Shown here: in pieces, positions 15,941-25,398 of the stretch
Layout of the letters: each line of letters begins with the position of its first letter
Position numbering within the stretch: position 1 is the stretch's first letter
Assembly (NCBI GenBank): GCA_003646405.1
Contig: QNFR01000002.1
Span: 4,526-68,525 of the forward strand
Reading direction: 5' to 3'
From: Gammaproteobacteria bacterium
Lineage (GTDB): Bacteria > Pseudomonadota > Gammaproteobacteria > Pseudomonadales > Halieaceae
DNA: 64,000 nt
Made by a program: the position numbers and the translations under genes
Notes under the pieces: model-generated
What the model saw: only the letters and a program-made list of their open reading frames with translations
What the model was told of the DNA's origin: nothing
Database searches by the model: none

Positions 15941-18709
15941 ATGGAAAAAAAATTCCAACCCGCCAATATTGAAACCCGCTGGTACGAAGAGTGGGAGAGC
16001 AAGGGCTATTTCGCACCCCAGGGTGGCGAGCAGGCCTACAGCATCATGATCCCTCCGCCGAACGTCACCGGCAGCCTGCATATGGGCCACGGCTTCCAGG
16101 AAGCCATCATGGACGCGCTGATCCGCTATCACCGCATGTCCGGCTACAACACCCTGTGGCAGGTCGGCACGGACCACGCCGGCATTGCCACACAAATGGT
16201 GGTGGAGCGGCAGCTGGAAGCCCAGGGCATTGACCGTCACGAGTTGGGCCGCGACAAGTTTATAGAAAAGGTGTGGCAGTGGAAGGAGGAATCCGGCAAC
16301 ACCATCACGCGCCAGCTACGCCGCCTCGGTTCTTCGCTGGACTGGTCGCGCGAGCGCTTTACCATGGACCCGGGCCTCAGCGCGGCGGTACAGGAAGTGT
16401 TCATCCGCCTGTACCGGGAGGGGCTGATCTACCGTGGCCAGCGCCTGGTCAACTGGGACCCGGCTTTGCATACGGCCATCTCTGATCTGGAGGTGATCTC
16501 CGAGGAAGAACAGGGCCATTTATGGCACTTCAACTATCCCCTGGCAGGCGGCGAAGGTCACCTCACCGTGGCCACTACTCGCCCCGAGACCATGCTCGGT
16601 GATACCGCCGTGGCGGTACATCCAGAAGACGAGCGCTACGCCCATCTGGTCGGCCGCATGGTAGAACTGCCCCTCACCGGGCGCAAAATTCCGGTAATCG
16701 CAGACGATTATGTGGATCGCGAATTCGGCACCGGTTGCCTCAAGATCACTCCGGCCCACGACTTCAATGACTATGAAGTGGGTCGTAGACACGGCCTGCC
16801 CATGATTAACATCATGGATGACAACGCCGCCATCAGCGTGGAGGCACCCGAGGCCTATCGCACCATGGATCGCTTCGAAGCGCGAGTGCGAATCGTCGCC
16901 GACATGGACGCCCTGGGGCTGCTGGATAAAGTTGACGATCACACACTAAAAGTCCCTCGCGGTGATCGCTCCGGCGAGGTGATAGAGCCCTACCTGACCA
17001 ATCAATGGTATGTGGATGCCAGGGAAATGGCCAAACCCGCCATCGCTGCGGTCGAAAACGGCGACATACAGTTCGTACCCAGACAGTGGGAAAACACCTA
17101 TTTCGCCTGGATGCGCGACATCCAGGACTGGTGTATCAGTCGCCAGTTGTGGTGGGGACATCGCATTCCCGCCTGGTATGACAATGACGACAATTTCTAT
17201 GTGGGCGAGAGTGAGGCCGCCGTAAGGGCGGAGCACGCACTGGCTGAAGACATCGAGTTGCGCCAGGACGACGATGTGCTGGACACCTGGTTCTCTTCCG
17301 CCCTATGGACCTTTTCCACCCTGGGCTGGCCCGAAGAAACAGCAGAGCTGGCGATCTTCCACCCCAGTTCTGTGCTGGTAACCGGCTTCGATATCATCTT
17401 TTTCTGGGTTGCCCGGATGATCATGATGACGCTGCACTTTCGTAAGGAAGTGCCCTTTCACACGGTTTACGTTCACGGCCTGGTGCGCGATAACGACGGC
17501 CAGAAAATGTCTAAGTCCAAGGGCAACGTGATCGACCCCATCGACCTGATCGACGGCATCGACCTGGAGGGACTGGTCAGTAAACGCACCGCCGGCATGA
17601 TGCAACCAAAACTGGCGGCCAGGATTGAAAAGGCCACGCGCCGGCAATTCCCCGATGGCATCGCGCCTTACGGTACCGATGCCCTGCGCTTCACCTATTT
17701 TTCCCTCGCCTCCACCGGCCGCGATATCAAGTTCGATATCGGCCGCATCGAAGGCTATAGGAACTTCTGCAACAAAATCTGGAACGCGGCACGCTACGTG
17801 TTGATGAACTGCGAGGCCGAGGATTGCGCTACCGACGGTAACGCTCCCGTCGAACTGAGCCTGGCGGACCGCTGGATCGTGAGCAAACTGCAGGAAACCG
17901 CGACAGAGGTCGCGCGGGCGATCGGTCATTACCGTTTCGACATGGCCTCACAGGCACTGTACGAATTTATCTGGAACGAGTACTGCGACTGGTACCTGGA
18001 ATTGTCCAAGCCGGTGCTGTGGGATGACAATGCCTCGGCCGAGGCAAAACGCGGTACACGACGAACCCTCATCCGCGTACTGGAAACCTGGCTCAGGCTA
18101 CTGCATCCGTTAATGCCTTTTATCACTGAAGAAATCTGGCAAACAGTAGGGCCCCTGGCGGGAAAATCCGGCCCAACCATCATGCTGCAACCCTACCCGG
18201 TAGCCGACGAGAAAGGCGTGGACAGCGCTGCAAATGCGGATATAGAATGGCTCAAAGGTGTGATCGTAGGTATTCGCAACATCCGTGGCGAGATGAATAT
18301 CCCACCGGGTAAGGAGCTTGCGGTGTTGCTGGCTAACGGCGACGAACGCGATAAAACAAGACTGGAGCAGAATGCGCCATTCCTCAAAAAGCTGGCGAAA
18401 CTTGCCGACATAACATGGCTGTCCACAGGTGAAGAGGCCCCCGTTGCCGCAACCGCACTGGTAGGTGAACTGGAGATACTGGTGCCCATGGCAGGACTGC
18501 TGGACAAGGACGCCGAGTTGGCGCGTCTGGCCAGGGAAATCGACAAGCTGGAGAAGGACTTGTCACGTATCCAGGTCAAGTTGGACAACGCCTCCTTTGT
18601 CGATAAAGCACCCGCTGCGGTAGTTGCCAAAGAGCGCGATAAAATGCAGGCGCAGCAGCAGGCGCTGGCAACGTTACGGGAGCAGGCGCAACGCATCCAG
18701 CAAATGTAG
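15941..18709 (+). CDS. valS: valine--tRNA ligase
   Basis: 922 aa. HIGH-type motif (SLHMGH), KMSKS, C-terminal coiled coil. Confidence 0.95.
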   Translation: MEKKFQPANIETRWYEEWESKGYFAPQGGEQAYSIMIPPPNVTGSLHMGHGFQEAIMDALIRYHRMSGYNTLWQVGTDHAGIATQMVVERQLEAQGIDRHELGRDKFIEKVWQWKEESGNTITRQLRRLGSSLDWSRERFTMDPGLSAAVQEVFIRLYREGLIYRGQRLVNWDPALHTAISDLEVISEEEQGHLWHFNYPLAGGEGHLTVATTRPETMLGDTAVAVHPEDERYAHLVGRMVELPLTGRKIPVIADDYVDREFGTGCLKITPAHDFNDYEVGRRHGLPMINIMDDNAAISVEAPEAYRTMDRFEARVRIVADMDALGLLDKVDDHTLKVPRGDRSGEVIEPYLTNQWYVDAREMAKPAIAAVENGDIQFVPRQWENTYFAWMRDIQDWCISRQLWWGHRIPAWYDNDDNFYVGESEAAVRAEHALAEDIELRQDDDVLDTWFSSALWTFSTLGWPEETAELAIFHPSSVLVTGFDIIFFWVARMIMMTLHFRKEVPFHTVYVHGLVRDNDGQKMSKSKGNVIDPIDLIDGIDLEGLVSKRTAGMMQPKLAARIEKATRRQFPDGIAPYGTDALRFTYFSLASTGRDIKFDIGRIEGYRNFCNKIWNAARYVLMNCEAEDCATDGNAPVELSLADRWIVSKLQETATEVARAIGHYRFDMASQALYEFIWNEYCDWYLELSKPVLWDDNASAEAKRGTRRTLIRVLETWLRLLHPLMPFITEEIWQTVGPLAGKSGPTIMLQPYPVADEKGVDSAANADIEWLKGVIVGIRNIRGEMNIPPGKELAVLLANGDERDKTRLEQNAPFLKKLAKLADITWLSTGEEAPVAATALVGELEILVPMAGLLDKDAELARLAREIDKLEKDLSRIQVKLDNASFVDKAPAAVVAKERDKMQAQQQALATLREQAQRIQQM

Positions 18710-18807
18710 CAAATGCCACTGCCTCGGCACTAAAGAATTCTGGTCTCCGCCTCCTCCGATGGGGGGCAGCGCATAAAAAAAGTAAGGCGCTAAACGAGGA
18801 AGGTGAT

Positions 18808-19020
18808 ATGAGCGATCGCGTCAGCGGCACGGTAAAGTGGTTCAACAACGCCAAGGGATTTGGCTTTATCACTCGAGAAGATAGTGACGACGATATCTTT
18901 GTTCACTTTCGCTGCATCGAAGGCGAGGGCTATCGTACACTGGATGAGGGACAGGCTGTAGAGTTCAAACTGGTTGAGGGCCCCAAGGGCCTGCAGGCTG
19001 AGGATGTCCTGAAGCTGTAA
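18808..19020 (+). CDS. cold-shock domain protein (CspA family)
   Basis: 70 aa. RNP1/RNP2 motifs [12 protein letters not shown] and VFVHF. Confidence 0.9.
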   Translation: MSDRVSGTVKWFNNAKGFGFITREDSDDDIFVHFRCIEGEGYRTLDEGQAVEFKLVEGPKGLQAEDVLKL

Positions 19021-19146
19021 TCCAGTGCAGTGTCCTGTCCAGTTATTTTCCCGCGAGGCATTCCACCCGGCGCTATTGGTGTTAGAATTGCGCGGCGCTG
19101 AAACCCCCTCCACCCCGGGGCATACTAAATAGTAGAGAGGAATTAG

Positions 19147-19596
19147 ATGAGTCTTATCGTCAAGCTGATTATTAGCCTGGTTATCGCCATAGTAGCTTCC
19201 ACACTTACCACCTTGTTGCAGGATGGCGCCATTCCCAACCTGATGCTGTTGGCCGCGTTCAGTATTGCCACAGTGGCCACCGCCCTGATTGTTGCGCCGT
19301 CCGCCAGTACATCCACCGCGGGTGGCACCAGCAAGGCGGCCGCCCCCGGCTCGAAAAAGCCTGCCCGGCGCACCGCCACAGAAGATTCTGCTCGAGAGCA
19401 GGGCCAGGTAAAGTGGTTCAATGTATCCAAGGGTTTTGGTTTTATCACCAAAGATGACGGTGAGGAAATTTTCGTGCATTTTCGCTCCATCCGGGGCGAA
19501 GGCCGGCGCAGCCTGCGCGATGGCCAGCGCGTATCTTTCGTGGTCGCACAGAGTGACAAGGGACCCCAGGCAGAGGACGTGGAAGGCGTTGACTGA
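19147..19596 (+). CDS. cold-shock domain protein with N-terminal hydrophobic (two predicted TM) extension
   Basis: Residues 1-50 are hydrophobic (LIVKLIISLVIAIVASTL.. and LMLLAAFSIATVATALIVA). A basic/Ala linker follows, then a canonical CSD (KWFNVSKGFGFI, IFVHF). Confidence 0.7.
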   Translation: MSLIVKLIISLVIAIVASTLTTLLQDGAIPNLMLLAAFSIATVATALIVAPSASTSTAGGTSKAAAPGSKKPARRTATEDSAREQGQVKWFNVSKGFGFITKDDGEEIFVHFRSIRGEGRRSLRDGQRVSFVVAQSDKGPQAEDVEGVD

Positions 19597-19823
19597 ACAA
19601 CCAGTCAGGGCCTCTTTGGGCAGAATATTCCGCCAGCGCCGGATCATAGGGGCGCCCTGGCGCAGGGTTTGCTCCACAGACAGGGAGTCGTCCTCCAGCG
19701 CCATCTCCACAATGGCGTAACCCGTATCTATTGACAGGCGGGACTGCATGCTCAGCAGTTCATCCATGCTGCAGGAACGAGTGTGGACATCCCCAATCCA
19801 AAAGCCGACGGTAAGGAGTCAAG

Positions 19824-20456
19824 TTGAGCACTCGCAAAACAAGCAAACCGCGCACCGAACGCCGCTTTCGCGGTGTCACCATGCCCACCGGCTCTCACCC
19901 GGCTATTCGCCGGGTCAAGCGCCAGGGCGTCTACCCATCCATTCACGGCAATAAACTCTGGAAGTCCAGCTGTCTGCTAATCGACTACCTGAACAAAAAC
20001 AGGCCGGACCACTGCCGTTCAGTCATCGATGTGGGCTGCGGCTGGGGTGTTTCCGGTATCTGGTGCGCCAAAACTCTGGGCTCACAAGTGACCTCGGTAG
20101 ATGCCGACCCCGATGTCTTTCCGTTCCTGCAGGCAGCGGCCAGCCTGAACGGGGTACAGACCACATCGCTGGTTTCGCGTTTTGAAAATTTGAGCACCCA
20201 TCAACTGGGCCGATTCGATATGCTTATCGCAGCGGATATCTGCTTTTGGGATGAACTGGTCAACCCCGTGTACAACATGGTCAACCGCGCGGTGAAAGCC
20301 GGAGTGAAGCACGTACTCATCGCCGACCCGGAGCGCTCCACTTTTTTTGAAATGGCAGAGCGTTGCGTGGATCGTCACTATGCCGATATCATCGACTGGA
20401 AAACCCGCTCCCCGATCAAAGCCAGTGGCGCCATCATGGTGATAGAGAACGCTTGA
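19824..20456 (+). CDS. class I SAM-dependent methyltransferase
   Basis: TTG start 5 nt after TAAGGAG. SAM-binding motif I is VIDVGCGWGVSG. Confidence 0.7.
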   Translation: MSTRKTSKPRTERRFRGVTMPTGSHPAIRRVKRQGVYPSIHGNKLWKSSCLLIDYLNKNRPDHCRSVIDVGCGWGVSGIWCAKTLGSQVTSVDADPDVFPFLQAAASLNGVQTTSLVSRFENLSTHQLGRFDMLIAADICFWDELVNPVYNMVNRAVKAGVKHVLIADPERSTFFEMAERCVDRHYADIIDWKTRSPIKASGAIMVIENA

Positions 20457-20467
20457 ACACACCCCGT

Positions 20468-21796
20468 TCAGTCGATCAGTTGGTAGTCCCGCTGGACTTG
20501 CGATACCGATTCGGCGGTGCCATTTACCCAGCGAGGCCGGAAACGGATACGTGCCAGTTTACGCTTGATCCGTGAAGCCGGGCCCTCATGCGCCGGATCG
20601 GTTACGTCGGCTTGTAAATTTTTAGCGCGCCCCCGCTCCGACACGTCGTAGCGCACGCTAATCACCACCGGGTGATCGTCCGCACGATTGGGATAAAATT
20701 GCCAGAATGCACCGTTATCAGGCAGCTCCATGGGCTGTCCCAGCCACTGCTGTAACAGGTCACCCTGATTTTCATCTGACAGCAATTGCACAACCTGCCG
20801 ATACTGCTCCCCGGCTTGATGGTCCTTGGCATGCCACTGATACCAGTCTCCCAGCTCCAGGTACAGGCGAGCCAATTCCGTGCGCTCTCCGGCGGCCGCG
20901 GTGCGCTCGATCAACGCCTGTAACAAGCCGACACCCTGTGCCAGGCTGCCGCGCTGGATCAATTCCATCCGTTTGGTGTTGAAGTCCTGTTGGTTCCACT
21001 CATCGGCCAATACCGGAGAGGCAGACGCCATACCCGAGTTTTGATCAGTCGGGGCAAGCCGGTCTTCCAACAAATACAGGTTGCGTATCTGGCTCAGCAC
21101 CATGTTCCGATACCACTGCAAAGCTACCGATGACTCCGCGGCTACCGCGTGCAACAACTTATCATTCAACTGGTACAGTGCCAGCAGGCGTTGGGTTTCA
21201 TCTGCATCTATTTTCAGTCGTATCGCCTCGCGCTGCCAACGCAGATACGCCAGGGACCCACGCAGGCGCATATCGGTATAAGGCGGCCGGCCGCTACCGT
21301 ACAGGCGGAAGTAGTAATCGTAACGGTTATCCAGTGTTTTCATTTCACCGTTTACCCGGTAGGCATTCAGAAGCTCGCGTAATATGGGCATCTGACGCTC
21401 GCTATACAGCCCGTCGTTAACCCTCACCACATGCAGGGCGCGGCGATAATGAAGCAGGGCCTGTTCCATATCACCCTGCTGCCGATAATGACGCCCCAGC
21501 CCGGTCAAAGGCTCCGCCAGCGCGTCGGCATAGGGCCCGCCCTCACCCTCCAATTCGCTCACCTGACGCCGGTAATGCCCATCGTCCTGTGTTGCCTGCG
21601 GCTCAGACTGCAGCGGATCCTGCATTGGCCCACCGTCCGACCAACTCTGACCAACCCGCACGAATGCCTCACCGTAAGCATACTTACCCGCCCACACCGG
21701 CGACGCAGCCAATAACAACCCCGCCAACAGCAACAGCGGCTTGCAGGTGCTGTGCAATGCAAAGAATTTAGGCCAACTATTCAACTTACCAACCAA
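20468..21796 (-). CDS. secreted TPR-like repeat protein with TonB-C-like C-terminus (hypothetical)
   Basis: 442 aa. Signal peptide LLLLAGLLLAASPVWA. The helical repeat region is rich in Y/L/R. The last ~70 aa (VVISVRYDVSERGRA..IRFRPRWVNG) resemble a TonB C-terminal fold. Confidence 0.55.
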   Translation of the reverse strand: MVGKLNSWPKFFALHSTCKPLLLLAGLLLAASPVWAGKYAYGEAFVRVGQSWSDGGPMQDPLQSEPQATQDDGHYRRQVSELEGEGGPYADALAEPLTGLGRHYRQQGDMEQALLHYRRALHVVRVNDGLYSERQMPILRELLNAYRVNGEMKTLDNRYDYYFRLYGSGRPPYTDMRLRGSLAYLRWQREAIRLKIDADETQRLLALYQLNDKLLHAVAAESSVALQWYRNMVLSQIRNLYLLEDRLAPTDQNSGMASASPVLADEWNQQDFNTKRMELIQRGSLAQGVGLLQALIERTAAAGERTELARLYLELGDWYQWHAKDHQAGEQYRQVVQLLSDENQGDLLQQWLGQPMELPDNGAFWQFYPNRADDHPVVISVRYDVSERGRAKNLQADVTDPAHEGPASRIKRKLARIRFRPRWVNGTAESVSQVQRDYQLID

Positions 21797-21983
21797 TTTT
21801 TAACCACCTCTCCCGGCCTGCTCGAGCCAACAGCGATATAACGGCGCCCAATCGGGCCGCCCTAAAGACATCAACATGCCACGACCTGGCCTCGCCCGCA
21901 AGAATATCTGTGGCGGGAATAGCCTCCCACCCATGGCGCCACTTATTTTAGGCCGCATGTGGTTACGCCCGGCTTTGCCAGGC

Positions 21984-22010
21984 AAAAAAAAACCCGCCAT
22001 AAGGCGGGTT
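21984..22010 (-). terminator. rho-independent terminator (minus strand)
   Basis: The minus strand reads AACCCGCC-TTAT-GGCGGGTT followed by a run of T residues (the A run at ~21984-21992 on the plus strand). Confidence 0.6.
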
Positions 22011-22120
22011 CAAAATAACTCAACTGGACCTGGATGGTTTCCCATCGAAGCGGTTGCCACCGGGGCAACCGCCAGCCCTGTCAATTCAGGACTGTGTTTC
22101 GAGTTGCAAACAGTTTAATA
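21984..22120 (-). ncRNA. candidate small RNA (unclassified)
   Basis: No ORF is credible here. The minus-strand transcript would contain a 9-bp hairpin (22050-22072, GCGGUUGCC/GGCAACCGC), a 5-bp hairpin with a GAAA loop (22033-22046) and the terminator hairpin. An AT-rich promoter-like region lies at 22120-22185, shared divergently with the LysR gene. Confidence 0.35.
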
Positions 22121-22187
22121 AGCGTTATGATATATATCCAATATATTTATATTATATTCTATATGAACCATATTTATATCTGACTCT

Positions 22188-23174
22188 GTGGATACCCGCG
22201 AACTCGCTAAGATTGACCTTAACCTGTTGATTTCATTGCAGGTCTTACTGGAAGAAAAAAATGTCTCCAGGGCCGCCGAGCGACTGTTTATCACCCAACC
22301 GGCCATGAGCAAAACCCTGTCCCGCCTGCGACTGCTGTTTGACGACCCCCTGTTTACCCGCAGCAGCCACGGCATGCAGCCAACCCCCAAAGTGAAAGAC
22401 CTGGCAGGCAACCTGGAAGAGATACTGGGGGGCATTACACAACTGGTGACCTCTGCCAGTTTCGACCCCGGCACATTTACCGGCGAGATTACCCTGGCCA
22501 TGTCGGAAAATATTGGTGTGGCTCTACTTCCCAGGCTCATACAAAAGCTACAAACCCAGGCACCACAACTGAGCATCCGGGTTGTTTCCAGGGTGCAGGA
22601 CCAAATGGAAGAACTGGCCCTGGGCAAACTTGATTTTGCCATCCATGTTCAGCAGACACATTACGACAAGGGGTTCAGGGTTCATCACCTGGGGGGCGGC
22701 CCGCTCGCCATATTGACACGGCAGGACCATCCCCTCACCCGCGGCGAAATCGATTGGCAGCGACTGTTGGAATTTCCGCTGATCCGGCAGTATGTCCCGG
22801 ATCGGGAACACCTGGAGAGGCAACTCAGTTCCGATATGGTCACCAACATACGCGATCATGTCCAGGGCTCCCTGGAAATAGCCCACCTGCTCACTGCGCT
22901 GGAGGTACTACGCCATACAGACTACTGGATGCTCGCTCCGGCTTATATCCTGCAAAATGAGGAGGCCACACGCGACATTACCGCCCTGCCCACTCCCGCG
23001 GAGGGCGTTTTCAACATCAACTACGCATTGGTGGCCCACAACCGCACGGCCAGGTCCCCCCTGCACAACTGGCTGTGGGAGGAAATCACGTGTACCATCC
23101 GCGAATTGCGCACCCAGCAGTCACGCAAAATGCATCAACGCGTCGCTGCCGGTATAGCCAAATCAAACATATAG
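22188..23174 (+). CDS. LysR-family transcriptional regulator
   Basis: GTG start. N-terminal wHTH LNLLISLQVLLEEKNVSRAAERLFITQPAMSKTLSRLR. 328 aa. Confidence 0.85.
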   Translation: MDTRELAKIDLNLLISLQVLLEEKNVSRAAERLFITQPAMSKTLSRLRLLFDDPLFTRSSHGMQPTPKVKDLAGNLEEILGGITQLVTSASFDPGTFTGEITLAMSENIGVALLPRLIQKLQTQAPQLSIRVVSRVQDQMEELALGKLDFAIHVQQTHYDKGFRVHHLGGGPLAILTRQDHPLTRGEIDWQRLLEFPLIRQYVPDREHLERQLSSDMVTNIRDHVQGSLEIAHLLTALEVLRHTDYWMLAPAYILQNEEATRDITALPTPAEGVFNINYALVAHNRTARSPLHNWLWEEITCTIRELRTQQSRKMHQRVAAGIAKSNI

Positions 23175-23187
23175 CGGACCGCACAGC

Positions 23188-24000
23188 ATGAGCAACAAGA
23201 AACGGCGCGAGATTCCGCACTTTAGCACCCCCATCATCGAAACCCACTGCCACCTGGATTACCTGGACGAAGAACAGTTGACATTCACCCTGGATAAATC
23301 AGCTGAAGTGGGCATCGAGCGTATCGTTACCATCGCCGTCTCTCCGGGAAATCTTGACCGGATAATGACGCTTACCCGTCAGGCTCCAAACATCTGGGGG
23401 ACCCAGGGCATACACCCCCACGAAGCGGAGTCCTACAACCTGGAAGTAGACGCGATTATCCGCCAGCGCATGGCCGATGAGCGAATACTCGCCGTGGGTG
23501 AAATTGGCCTGGATTACCACTACGATCGCGCTGATCGCGCGGTGCAGCGCGCGGTGTTTGAGCAACAGTTGCAAGCCGCTGTGGACCTGGATATGCCGGT
23601 GGTCATCCACACCCGGGAAGCCGACGAAGACACTCGCGACATCCTGCAAAATTTTTGTGGCGCCCTCTCCCGCAAAGGTGTCATACACAGCTTTACCGCC
23701 GGGCTGGCGCTGGCCGAGTACTGTCTGGCGGAGGACTTTATGCTCGGTTTCAACGGCATTACGACCTTTAACCAGGCGGACAACGTACGCGAGGTGGTCG
23801 CCGCCACCCCATTGCAGCAGATCGTACTGGAAACCGATGCGCCCTACCTGACCCCGGTGCCGCACAGGGGCAAACCCAATTCGCCCTACTACCTGCCTTT
23901 CATTGCGGAAAAGGTGGCGGAAGTTAAGTGTATAGACGTGGAGGATTTGTTGCGACATGCTTACCAAAACAGCCTGGCACTTTTCTTCGAAGCGCAATAG
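23188..24000 (+). CDS. TatD-family metal-dependent hydrolase
   Basis: 270 aa. IETHCHLD motif, EIGLDY, VVIHTR. Confidence 0.85.
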   Translation: MSNKKRREIPHFSTPIIETHCHLDYLDEEQLTFTLDKSAEVGIERIVTIAVSPGNLDRIMTLTRQAPNIWGTQGIHPHEAESYNLEVDAIIRQRMADERILAVGEIGLDYHYDRADRAVQRAVFEQQLQAAVDLDMPVVIHTREADEDTRDILQNFCGALSRKGVIHSFTAGLALAEYCLAEDFMLGFNGITTFNQADNVREVVAATPLQQIVLETDAPYLTPVPHRGKPNSPYYLPFIAEKVAEVKCIDVEDLLRHAYQNSLALFFEAQ

Positions 24001-24079
24001 CCGAATGCACCCTGTGAAGACACGCGCCCACATCACCTCATCTCAATCGCCCTACTAACCAACTAACAGGAACAACCCC

Positions 24080-25300
24080 ATGTTTGAATCCAGCAAAAAG
24101 TCACAAGATCTGCAAGCCAGGCTCAGCGCGTTCATGGATGAACACATATACCCCAATGAACACACCTATATCGAGCAACTGAATGCGGCCGAAAACCGTT
24201 ATGCGCCCATCCCTCTAATGGATGAACTAAAACAAAAAGCCAGGGCTGACGGGCTATGGAACCTGTTTGTACCACCATCCCATGCGCAGTTCAGTGAGTT
24301 CGGCGGGCTCAGCAACGTTGAGTATGCGCCGCTGGCGGAGTTGATGGGGCGCGTATTGTGGTGTCCGGAAGTATTCAACTGCAATGCCCCCGATACCGGC
24401 AATATGGAAGTGCTGATGAAATACGCCACCGCAGCCCAACAAGAGCGTTGGCTGACGCCCTTACTGCAGGGGGATATCCGCTCCTCCTACGCCATGACCG
24501 AACCCCAGGTGGCCTCCAGCGACGCCACCAATATCGAACTGAGCATCGTCCGCGAAGGGCAAGAGTGGGTACTGAACGGACGCAAGTGGTTTATCACCGG
24601 CGCCATGAACGAGCGCACAAAAATCATTATCGTGATGGGCAAGTCCGATCCCGACAACGACAACCGGCACAAGCAGCAAACCCAGATACTGGTACCCAAA
24701 GACACCCCCGGCCTGGAAGTGATCAGGCCGCTGACCACATTGGGCTATGACGATGCGCCCCTGGGCCATGCAGAGCTGCTCTTCGACAATGCTCGTGTAC
24801 CGGCAGAAAATGTCCTGCTGGGCGAGGGTCGGGGCTTCGAAATCGCCCAGGGCCGCCTCGGCCCGGGCCGCATGCACCACTGTATGCGCCTGATCGGTTC
24901 GGCGCAGCGTTCCCTGGAATACGCCTGTAAACGCTCTGTCTCGCGCAGCACCTTCGGTCGCCCGCTGAGCAAGCATCAGTCTGTGCGTGAAGATATCGCC
25001 AAATGCTTCTCGGAAATAGAGATGGCGCGCCTGCTGGTACTCAAAACCAGTAAAAAAATGGATGCGGTAGGCGCCCAGGATTCCCGCGATATGATCGCCG
25101 CGACCAAGATCAGTGTGCCCCTGATGGTACAGACCATCATCGACCGCTGCATCCAGATACACGGCGCCGGCGGCCTGACGGAGGACTACCCCATGGCCGA
25201 AGCCTTCAACTACGCGCGCTGGTGCCGCCAGGCGGACGGCTCCGACCAGGTGCACCAAATGGCTCTGGGCAAGCAAATTATCGATCGCTACACGCAATGA
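24080..25300 (+). CDS. acyl-CoA dehydrogenase family protein
   Basis: 406 aa. MTEPQVASSDATN middle-domain motif, C-terminal IQIHGAGG...YPMAE. Confidence 0.85.
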   Translation: MFESSKKSQDLQARLSAFMDEHIYPNEHTYIEQLNAAENRYAPIPLMDELKQKARADGLWNLFVPPSHAQFSEFGGLSNVEYAPLAELMGRVLWCPEVFNCNAPDTGNMEVLMKYATAAQQERWLTPLLQGDIRSSYAMTEPQVASSDATNIELSIVREGQEWVLNGRKWFITGAMNERTKIIIVMGKSDPDNDNRHKQQTQILVPKDTPGLEVIRPLTTLGYDDAPLGHAELLFDNARVPAENVLLGEGRGFEIAQGRLGPGRMHHCMRLIGSAQRSLEYACKRSVSRSTFGRPLSKHQSVREDIAKCFSEIEMARLLVLKTSKKMDAVGAQDSRDMIAATKISVPLMVQTIIDRCIQIHGAGGLTEDYPMAEAFNYARWCRQADGSDQVHQMALGKQIIDRYTQ

Positions 25301-25398
25301 ATACACGATCGGCCGCTAAACATTTCGCGTTTCGATGATAAACTATGCACCCCTTACGCTGTGCTGTCAGCCAAAAAAATCGCGGGTAAACGCCACTG

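Noticed and set aside
18790-19767. 325-aa ORF on the minus strand spanning both cold-shock genes.
   Set aside because: It is fully antisense to two ORFs with textbook CSD motifs. Its translation is Gly/Arg/Ala-rich low complexity with no recognisable domain. This is a typical GC-rich antisense artefact.
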